Source: Clostridia bacterium
GTDB taxonomy: Bacteria > Bacillota > Clostridia > TANB77 > CAG-465
Direction: 5' to 3'
DNA length: 57,525 nucleotides
Assembly (NCBI GenBank): GCA_045538335.1
Contig: JAZSRF010000082.1
Span: 1-57,525, forward strand
In this document: positions 7,022 to 14,196 of the stretch, piece after piece
How positions within the stretch are numbered: position 1 is the first letter of the stretch
Layout: each line of letters opens with the position of its first letter
The notes under the pieces: model-generated
Told to the model about the DNA's origin: nothing
Database searches by the model: none
Seen by the model: the letters and a program-made list of their open reading frames with translations, nothing else
Translations under genes and position numbers: made by a program

Positions 7022-8503
7022 CTACTTCTTTATGTAAAGTGAGAAGCGGAAACCACAAGCGCTGTACGCGTAGTTAGAATTGTTAATGTGACGGTTCGAA
7101 ACTGGAGTCCAAGCACCAATTCCAGCGAATTGGCCTCCGCGAGGCACACGCTGGTTAGCGTGGCTGCCCTCCATTGTCCATTCATGCATATTTCCTGCCA
7201 TGTCATATATATTATTTACACTTGCTGCTTTTAGCGCACCTGTGGATAACGCCCAATACGTTCCGCTTGCTATTGCCGAACTCGATGTTGCTTCTTGGTA
7301 CGAACCTAGTGTTGAATTAGAATCAACTGCGTACTTTGCATCTTTATTTAAATCTCCTGCTGCTATTGCATGATCACTATAATTTCCATAACTTGTACTA
7401 TCTGCTACACTTGTTACCACATTTCCATTTCCATCTTTTGCTCCTACTTCTAACCACCATGCTAGTGTTCTATCCCACTGCACTCCATATGTGAGCGTTG
7501 ATACTACTCCATAATTTGTATTTGTTTTTGGATACATTCTTCTTGCTACTTCTACTGCTCCATTTGTATCTTCTGCCATAGTATTATTCCATGTCCATGG
7601 TATATATGTGTATGGTATTTTACCCATTACAGAATATACTTTTGTTCCTTCTTTTATTCCTGGTAAATCTGCAGCATTTCCTGCTTCTGTTCTTTGCGTA
7701 TCAATTCCGGCTTCATATCTTGCTATATAAAACCCTTCATATTCTTTTACACTTTCATACATTGCTTGTACTTCTGCTAGTGTTGTACTTGTCATATAAT
7801 TTTCATCTTGGGTAGCTAGCGGCATATTATTTGTATCCACCATTACTTCCCAGTATACGTTTTTTGTTCCTAGTGCATTGTAATTCCCATTTGCATCTAA
7901 AACTTCTGATGTTGTATTTTGAAAGTCTTTTCTTACAAACTTTGTTACAAACTCTTCTCTTGCCACTGGCCCCCATACATATTGATTTCTCGTTGTCATT
8001 GATGTATGATGTGTTTCACTACTTGGTATTTCTGTTTCATTTACATCTAATTCATATATTACAAGTCCACCATCTTTTGTATTTTCTCCCTCATATGGTG
8101 ATACTACAAATCCTTTTGGTATTGGCGCTCCATCTACTATAGCTACTACGTTTGCTTGCCAAGCCTCTGGTATTTTTGCTTTTAATTCTACTGTTACTCC
8201 ACTTGTTGTTACTTTTATTTCGTATTTCGTTACATCTACCTTGTTATCTTCTAATGCCTCATCTACTCTAGCTTTCAACTCTTCTTCTGTTCTTGCACCA
8301 CTCGTATAAGCATTTGCCCAACCTAGTTGTGCTAATTCTTTTACTGTAGCTAAATTTGTTTGTTCTACCGCTTCACCTGCTCTATTTATTATTCCACTAT
8401 TATTTAACGTTAAAACAATTGCTCCTGCTAGTATTACCATTACTATAATTGTTATTACTAGCACTATTAATGATATACCTCTTTTCTTTTGCATTTTATC
8501 CAC
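7022..8503 (-). CDS. Surface protein: pilin-like N-terminal anchor plus FGE-sulfatase/SUMF1 (C-type lectin fold) domain
   Basis: KKRG-ISLIVLVITIIVMVILAG N-terminus. C-terminal half has YIARYEAG, TYGVQWDRTLAWW, YDMAGNMHEWT, RGG...GFRF, all hallmarks of the FGE-sulfatase fold. The 3' end is much GC-richer than its surroundings. Confidence 0.8.
   Translation of the reverse strand: MDKMQKKRGISLIVLVITIIVMVILAGAIVLTLNNSGIINRAGEAVEQTNLATVKELAQLGWANAYTSGARTEEELKARVDEALEDNKVDVTKYEIKVTTSGVTVELKAKIPEAWQANVVAIVDGAPIPKGFVVSPYEGENTKDGGLVIYELDVNETEIPSSETHHTSMTTRNQYVWGPVAREEFVTKFVRKDFQNTTSEVLDANGNYNALGTKNVYWEVMVDTNNMPLATQDENYMTSTTLAEVQAMYESVKEYEGFYIARYEAGIDTQRTEAGNAADLPGIKEGTKVYSVMGKIPYTYIPWTWNNTMAEDTNGAVEVARRMYPKTNTNYGVVSTLTYGVQWDRTLAWWLEVGAKDGNGNVVTSVADSTSYGNYSDHAIAAGDLNKDAKYAVDSNSTLGSYQEATSSSAIASGTYWALSTGALKAASVNNIYDMAGNMHEWTMEGSHANQRVPRGGQFAGIGAWTPVSNRHINNSNYAYSACGFRFSLYIKK
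7025..7175 (-). other. Candidate DGR variable region (VR) at the 3' end of the CLec gene
   Basis: Encodes RGG-QFAGIGAWTPV-SNR-HINNSNYAYSAC-GFR. In the stretch cac att aac aat tct aac tac gcg tac agc gct tgt, 11 of 12 codons are NNY. Local GC spike. No TR or RT in the window. Confidence 0.45.
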
Positions 8504-8520
8504 TCCTTCCTTTTTTACGC

Positions 8521-8567
8521 AAAAGAAAGCAAAGCCAACATAGATTTTACTCTATGTTAACCTTGCT
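8521..8567 (-). terminator. Intrinsic terminator between element copy 2 and the RBS of the CLec gene
   Basis: 16-bp stem 8552..8567/8528..8543 with an 8-nt loop. The three + strand mismatches are all G.U pairs on the minus RNA. Followed by UUCUUUUG, then AAGGAAGGAG and ATG(8503). Confidence 0.65.
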
Positions 8568-8619
8568 TTTTTAACTTATTTTAAGGACGCAAAAAACGCC
8601 ACAACTCTGTAGTGTTAAT

Positions 8620-8682
8620 TTACATAAAAGTTGTGTGTGTGTGTGTGTGTGTTACAGTCCCAAGGCTTCTAGCGTTTTTCAT
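8620..8682 (-). CDS. Candidate leader mini-ORF, 20 codons: MKNARSLGTV(TH)3T-TFM
   Basis: GAGGGAG-N10-ATG(8682). Reads through (CA)10 and stops at TAA 8620..8622. Hypothetical. Confidence 0.3.
   Translation of the reverse strand: MKNARSLGTVTHTHTHTTFM
8632..8651. repeat. (TG)10 dinucleotide microsatellite
   Basis: Counted directly: 10 uninterrupted TG units. Confidence 0.97.
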
Positions 8683-8832
8683 TTATCTTTTACTCCCTCT
8701 TTATACATTTAGTTTATATCAAACAAAAAATAAAATCAATATTTTTTATTAATTTTATTTAGTTTTTCTAACGATACTACCCGGATAAATTATCCGGGTA
8801 GTACTTTGTATTTAGTTGCTAACGTCTTTGAC

Positions 8833-10842
8833 TTACTCAGCTAAGAACTTATCCAGTTCATCCGAAGTAGCAATCTTTTTCTTTATAAGGTACTTCGCCA
8901 TTTGGTCTATTTCTCTCCAATGGGCATCTACAAATTCCTCTGTCTTGTTATATACCTTGGTGATTAGGTTGTTTACTTTTTCTTGAACTAAATTTGCCAT
9001 TTTTTCAGTTAACATACCATCATCAAGATATACATGCCTAAATGTTCCTTCGTCTAAGCCCAGTTGAATAATCGCCTTTGTAGCAACCTCTTTAGCACGC
9101 TTCAAATCACTTCTTGCACCACTGTCAAGAGCTTTGGTTACTTTAAATTGTGCTACTCTTCCTGCAAGCAAAGACATAATATTTGCTTCTATATATTCCA
9201 TATCCAACAGTACAAAAGAATCTTTTTCTTCGAGCATATTTGCTCCTAAAGAATGCTCTGTAGGAATTATAGAAACAGCGGTAACATTAACTGCTTTGTT
9301 TTCCTTAGTAAGCCTTGTTGCAACATAATGACCTATTTCATGATAGGCAATTCCCACAACGTCTTGTTTGCTAAATTTATCGAACTTTTCGAAGAATTCC
9401 TCATACACTTTGTGAACATGAGCTTTTGTAACTTTCTTACCTCCCAGGCGTTTTGTCATCGCCATGCTTCTGTCACACAAGTCAAGGGTTTTATCAGGAT
9501 TTGCGTTTTCCCAACTAAAGCATGCAGAACACACGATTATATAATCCACCAAATTATTTGGCATCTTTACTTCGTGATACTTTTCTAATGCTTTAAGCTT
9601 GGCTTTTATCATAGGTTTAACTTCTGTAATCTTAGGCTCGTTTACAAAAACCACTTCAAAACGTCTTTTGAAAGCTCCATCACTAGAAACGATAGTATCA
9701 TATTCCTTAACTGTGGTAGCACCCAAAAATGTGGCATCATCTCTAGAAAGAATAGGTTTAAGCGAACCACTAAGGTCATTCGCGTTGCCCTCCGAACTAC
9801 CTGCACCAAGCATCTGATGCATTTCATCTACAAAGAGAATAATCTTGTGAGTTCCTTCTAAAAACTTCTTTAAGACAGATACCTTCGCCTCAAATTCACC
9901 ACGATACTTTGTACCAGCTACCATAGAGGTAACATCCAAAGACAAAACTGTATATCCAATAAATTCTTTTGGACAAGTTTCATTTACAATTTCTTGAGTA
10001 ATTGCCTCTGCAATAGCGGTTTTACCAGCACCTGCAGGTCCAATCAAAACGCAGTTTCTTTTTGTTTTCTTAGAGAAAACATTAAATACTTTGTCCTTTT
10101 CTTTATCTCTTCCAAGAATTGCAATCTCTTGCCCCTTAGTGTACTTGTTATTTAAAATTTCTAAGCAATTTTCAAGAGCGGCAGGAATAACTATAGGCAT
10201 ATTATCATCAGAAATATCATCTACAATATTTGCAGTAAATTTCAAGCTTTGCAAGAAATTATCCATGTCTATTTCAAAGGCTTGCATAAGATTACTAATA
10301 AATCTATATGCACTCGTTTCTTTATTTTGCAAAATACTATAGACGATAACATCCAAGTCAATATAATCTAGCTTCATCGCCTTGCATCTAAGATATGCCT
10401 CTTGACAAGCAAGTTCAAGCTTGTCCGAATAAGCGGGAACCATAATCTCTAAGTTGCCTTCGACATCTTCAGCCCACCCCATAACATCTGCAAGCACATC
10501 TATAACTTTTGCTGCGAACTCATCTTCAGCATCTTCTTCGGAAGTTTCACCTACGTCTTCTTGTTCATCTACTTGCTCTTCAAAAACTTTTTCCGCCGCT
10601 TTCTCACCAAAGATACTAGCAAACACTTCTTTATCTTCAAGCATACTGTCTATACTAGGAAGAAGTTGCATACCCATGTCTCCAATTGCTTTAAATATTC
10701 CAGAATCCGGAATATTCATTGCCGCAAAAAGGACATATGCACTTCTTACTTTTTCATCATCAAACCGCCACGCAATATTGGTAGCAAGTTCGAATGCCTT
10801 TCTCGCATTCGCGTTAACATTTGCGTTTTTCCATTCATTCAT
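8833..10842 (-). CDS. Soluble fusion protein: Clp N-domain repeats, Clp-type AAA+ (D1-like) ATPase and FtsH-type M41 zinc protease domain
   Basis: N-terminal Clp_N-like repeats split by an acidic insert (EEQVDEQEDVGETSEEDAEDE). Walker A GPAGAGKT, Walker B ILFVDEMH, AGTKYRGEFE and FKRRFE as in ClpA/B/C D1. C-terminal HEIGH, LLAGRVAQ and GARSDLKRA as in peptidase M41. No TM segment. AAGGAG SD. Confidence 0.8.
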   Translation of the reverse strand: MNEWKNANVNANARKAFELATNIAWRFDDEKVRSAYVLFAAMNIPDSGIFKAIGDMGMQLLPSIDSMLEDKEVFASIFGEKAAEKVFEEQVDEQEDVGETSEEDAEDEFAAKVIDVLADVMGWAEDVEGNLEIMVPAYSDKLELACQEAYLRCKAMKLDYIDLDVIVYSILQNKETSAYRFISNLMQAFEIDMDNFLQSLKFTANIVDDISDDNMPIVIPAALENCLEILNNKYTKGQEIAILGRDKEKDKVFNVFSKKTKRNCVLIGPAGAGKTAIAEAITQEIVNETCPKEFIGYTVLSLDVTSMVAGTKYRGEFEAKVSVLKKFLEGTHKIILFVDEMHQMLGAGSSEGNANDLSGSLKPILSRDDATFLGATTVKEYDTIVSSDGAFKRRFEVVFVNEPKITEVKPMIKAKLKALEKYHEVKMPNNLVDYIIVCSACFSWENANPDKTLDLCDRSMAMTKRLGGKKVTKAHVHKVYEEFFEKFDKFSKQDVVGIAYHEIGHYVATRLTKENKAVNVTAVSIIPTEHSLGANMLEEKDSFVLLDMEYIEANIMSLLAGRVAQFKVTKALDSGARSDLKRAKEVATKAIIQLGLDEGTFRHVYLDDGMLTEKMANLVQEKVNNLITKVYNKTEEFVDAHWREIDQMAKYLIKKKIATSDELDKFLAE

Positions 10843-10922
10843 AGTCTTACACTCCTTTTATTAGTTAATAATGGGCAATGCTTGTTATGGCACAAATTAT
10901 ATAACGCGAACGCCTAAAAGTC

Positions 10923-10956
10923 AAGAAAAGAAGCTGTTTTTGTCGTTTACAGCTTC
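10923..10956 (-). terminator. Terminator after the metallophosphoesterase gene
   Basis: GAAGCTGT(10930..10937)/ACAGCTTC(10949..10956), then UUUUCUU on the minus strand. Confidence 0.6.
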
Positions 10957-10969
10957 ATTTTATTTATTA

Positions 10970-11944
10970 TTATTTCGGTTTGCTTTGTAAAGTTGCTATT
11001 ATTATTTCAGGTTTATTGTTTATTCTAAATGGGAATTTACTATTACCTATTCCCCTACTTAAAATCATTTGCGTTTTTCCCTGTTTATATATTCCCGTAG
11101 TATATTTAGGAAATATTCCCTGACCCGGTGCAAGCATACCACCTATTAATGGCAAACGTATTTGACCACCATGTGCATGACCCGTAAAAACTAAATCAAA
11201 ATTATACTTTGCATATATATCTAATAGTTCTGGTCTATGTATTAACAGTACTTTAAAATTGTTGCTATCCCTTACAATACTTTTTAATGCATCATCTGCC
11301 TTTTGTCTAATCTCATCTTTGCTTTCCAGTTGTGTATAAAAAGCTGGGTCATCAAGGCCAAAAAGCTCTATAAATTTACCTTGCCTCTCAATTTTAGTAT
11401 TAATATTTCTTAGAACAATTACTCCTACACTTTGCACTTCGTCTATTAAACTTTGTACATCATAAAGTCTTGATTCGTGATTTCCTAGTACATAATATAC
11501 AGGTGCTATTTTCACAACATTTTTTAAAAATTCTTTTGCATTTTGTATGTTAGTTCTTCTCGAATCTACTAAATCTCCCGTAATTACTACAATGTCTGGT
11601 TTGTTGCCTTCAAGTGTTTCTAATATTTTTCTTTTTACTTTTTTAGAATTTGTATTATGCAAATCTGAAACATGTGCTATCTTATATCCGCTAAAAGCTT
11701 TCGGTAATTTGCCACTTTGTATTAAATATTCCGTTTCTTTTAAATTAGTATTTTGATTATATAAATAAATTAGCATTGCACTAGGCAACCAAAATTCAAT
11801 AACACGTACTAGTATTACTGCTGAAAATGGCGCGGAATTAAATATACTATATGAGTTATAATCTATGATTAATACTATGCAAAATACGATTATAAGTAAC
11901 ACACCTATAACACACATTATCTTGTTATAATCTAAATTTTTCAT
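10970..11944 (-). CDS. Membrane-anchored metallophosphoesterase (calcineurin-like)
   Basis: N-terminal TMs. SDLH, GDLVD, GNHE and GHAHGGQ metal-binding motifs. Confidence 0.8.
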   Translation of the reverse strand: MKNLDYNKIMCVIGVLLIIVFCIVLIIDYNSYSIFNSAPFSAVILVRVIEFWLPSAMLIYLYNQNTNLKETEYLIQSGKLPKAFSGYKIAHVSDLHNTNSKKVKRKILETLEGNKPDIVVITGDLVDSRRTNIQNAKEFLKNVVKIAPVYYVLGNHESRLYDVQSLIDEVQSVGVIVLRNINTKIERQGKFIELFGLDDPAFYTQLESKDEIRQKADDALKSIVRDSNNFKVLLIHRPELLDIYAKYNFDLVFTGHAHGGQIRLPLIGGMLAPGQGIFPKYTTGIYKQGKTQMILSRGIGNSKFPFRINNKPEIIIATLQSKPK

Positions 11945-12642
11945 TATACACCATACTTTCTATTTCTTTTTGCATACTCTTCTATTGCTATATCTAAGTC
12001 TTTTTCGGTAAAGTCCGGCCAATGTTTATCTATAAACAAAAACTCCGCATATGCTAACTGCCATAATAAAAAGTTGCTAAGCCTTTGCTGTCCACTAGTT
12101 CTAATAACCAAATCCGGTTCAGGACAATGAGCAGTATATAGCGCATTTGTTATACTTTGTTCATTAATATCTTGTACACTAATTTTTCCTTGTTTAACAT
12201 CTTTTACTATAGTTACTACTGCATTTGTTATTTCTTCTCTTGAGCCATAGTTAAGCGCAATATTAATATTAAGTCCTGTACATTCTTTTGTTATAGATTC
12301 ACATTTGTCTATTTTTTCTACAAGACTTTTGCTCAAGTTTTCTCTACTTCCTATTACATTTACTTTTATATTTTCCTTCAAAGCCTCTTTAGAATAATTA
12401 TCTAAATAACTTTCAAAAAGAGCCATTAAAAGATTTACTTCTTGCTTAGAACGTTTCCAATTTTCTGTTGAAAAAGCATATACAGTTAAATATTTTATAC
12501 CAATTTTGTTTGCATATTTAGATATATTCTCTAGCACCTTCGCTCCATATTTGTGTCCATCTGTTGCAGGCATTCCTTTTGTTTTTGCCCAACTTCTATT
12601 ACCATCTAATATAATAGCTATATGTTTTGGTTTATTTTCCAT
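11944..12642 (-). CDS. uppS: Isoprenyl transferase (undecaprenyl-diphosphate synthase family)
   Basis: HIAIILDGNRSWA, YAFSTENWKR, IRTSGQQRLSNFLLWQLAYAEF. Confidence 0.9.
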   Translation of the reverse strand: MENKPKHIAIILDGNRSWAKTKGMPATDGHKYGAKVLENISKYANKIGIKYLTVYAFSTENWKRSKQEVNLLMALFESYLDNYSKEALKENIKVNVIGSRENLSKSLVEKIDKCESITKECTGLNINIALNYGSREEITNAVVTIVKDVKQGKISVQDINEQSITNALYTAHCPEPDLVIRTSGQQRLSNFLLWQLAYAEFLFIDKHWPDFTEKDLDIAIEEYAKRNRKYGV

Positions 12643-12807
12643 TTTATATGTTCTCCTTTTATATAATTTATTATTATTATTTTTCCCATTAACTAAATTA
12701 TATACTAACTAGCATTAAAAGAAAATAAATATGCATACATTTATTGAATTTAAGATTAAAAGTTATATAATATATACAAAATAAAAATTAATTTAAGGAG
12801 AAAAAGT

Positions 12808-13305
12808 ATGAAATTAAATATTGTACTAGTAGAACCAGAAATACCACAGAATACAGGAAATATAGCAAGAACATGTGCAGCAATAGGAGCAAAGCTCCAC
12901 CTTGTTCACCCACTAGGTTTTGATATATCTGAAAAAAGTGTTAAAAGAGCCGGTTTAGATTATTGGGATAAATTAGAAATAGAAGAACATAAAAGTTTAA
13001 CTGAATTTCTAAATAAATACGATATACATACAAATGCTATGTTTTTAGTATCTACTAAAGCTACTCACGTATATAGCGATGTAAATTATTCTAAATACAA
13101 TGACGTTTATTTACTTTTTGGAAAAGAAACAAAAGGTCTTCCGGAAGATTTACTTAAGGATAACTTAGATAAAACTATCCGCATCCCTATGGGCTTTGAT
13201 ATACGCTCATTAAATCTTTCTAATGCTGTTGCAATTGTTGCTTATGAAGTAGAAAAGCAGTGTAATTTCGAAGGATTAAAAGAAACTAGTGAGTATTTAT
13301 TGTAG
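12808..13305 (+). CDS. trmL: tRNA (cytidine/uridine-2'-O)-methyltransferase TrmL (SpoU/TrmH family)
   Basis: IVLVEPEIPQNTGNIARTCAA, LLFGKETKGLPE, RIPM...RSLNLSNAVAI. Confidence 0.85.
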   Translation: MKLNIVLVEPEIPQNTGNIARTCAAIGAKLHLVHPLGFDISEKSVKRAGLDYWDKLEIEEHKSLTEFLNKYDIHTNAMFLVSTKATHVYSDVNYSKYNDVYLLFGKETKGLPEDLLKDNLDKTIRIPMGFDIRSLNLSNAVAIVAYEVEKQCNFEGLKETSEYLL

Positions 13306-13360
13306 TCAACTTTTATTCTATTAATAACGCAAATATATGCATAAAAAGATAGAGATAACT

Positions 13361-14170
13361 CTATCTTTTATCCATATCTATACCTTTTACATATACGTTT
13401 ATACTAAGAATGTTTATTCCTGTGATATAATCTATTTTACCTGCTATTGTTGTTTGAAGCTTTGTGGTAGCTTGTGGTATGTTGTGTCCAAATTTAATGT
13501 ATATATCTAAATTAATATTTACACCATCAGCATATTTATCTATATCCACCTTAGATATTCTAGTTATCCCCTCCATAACTTTACCTTCATGTAAAATTAT
13601 TTCCTTTAACACTTTATCTGAAATGGTAAAATTTCCAAGATAACTAAAAGTTGGACGAATAACACTCTTTTCTCTATATACTTTGTCTTTCTTTTCAAAC
13701 ATTTTTAGTGGGTCTACAAAGTATCCTGAAAATTGCTCCTTTATTTCAAATGTTGGAACTGGAACAACGTGTTTTCCCTGCTCTTTTCTAATCTTTTTAG
13801 CTTCTTCTATTTGTTCCGGGCTCGAGACTTCCTCTATATATATCTTTTTTTCTATTTCAGGAAGTCCTAAATTTTCTGCAATTTTTTCAACCATTTCATC
13901 AGAAGTTCCAAGTATTAAAATTGACTCTATCTTTTCTGCTTTTATAGCTTTACGCATTGCATCACGTCTTGACTCATCAGTAAACAAAGCAGCCTTAACA
14001 GAACCTATTTTTGTAGGTTCTGTTTTAGCAGAGCGTCCTGCTACTACCTTATTTTCTTTTATTAAAAGTGCATCATCAATAATATAATCTATGTTATTTA
14101 CAAATGCTACATTTTGTGAATTGTGACTTTTTCCTGTTCCCGAAGGTCCAACAAAAGCATAAACTTTCAT
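13361..14170 (-). CDS. P-loop NTPase domain fused to an Asp23/Gls24-like domain; function unknown
   Basis: GPSGTGKSH Walker A at the N-terminus. The C-terminal ~100 aa (ISDKVLKEII...GITRISKVDID...VNINLDIYIKFGHNIPQ...INVYVKGID) follow the Asp23 pattern. Confidence 0.6.
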   Translation of the reverse strand: MKVYAFVGPSGTGKSHNSQNVAFVNNIDYIIDDALLIKENKVVAGRSAKTEPTKIGSVKAALFTDESRRDAMRKAIKAEKIESILILGTSDEMVEKIAENLGLPEIEKKIYIEEVSSPEQIEEAKKIRKEQGKHVVPVPTFEIKEQFSGYFVDPLKMFEKKDKVYREKSVIRPTFSYLGNFTISDKVLKEIILHEGKVMEGITRISKVDIDKYADGVNINLDIYIKFGHNIPQATTKLQTTIAGKIDYITGINILSINVYVKGIDMDKR

Positions 14171-14196
14171 AATTTCACTTATCCTTTAACTTTGTA

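Larger units (their letters stand above)
8581..8708 (-). repeat. Copy 2 of the ~130-nt duplicated element, in the 5' leader of the CLec gene
   Basis: See copy 1. Same orientation. Confidence 0.85.

Noticed and set aside
70-8708. The two copies of the 130-nt element could be the ends of a composite transposon or island spanning 8.6 kb.
   Set aside because: The copies are direct rather than inverted. There is no transposase or integrase between them, and the content includes core genes (mtnN, spoIVB, recG). Each copy is better explained as a local leader: SD, mini-ORF and terminator in the same position.
8776-8805. The hairpin CTACCCGGA-TAAATTA-TCCGGGTAG downstream of the AAA+-M41 gene as a regulatory element for the neighbouring cassette.
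   Set aside because: It is most simply the terminator or stabiliser of the 8833..10842 transcript, and it is not repeated near copy 1.
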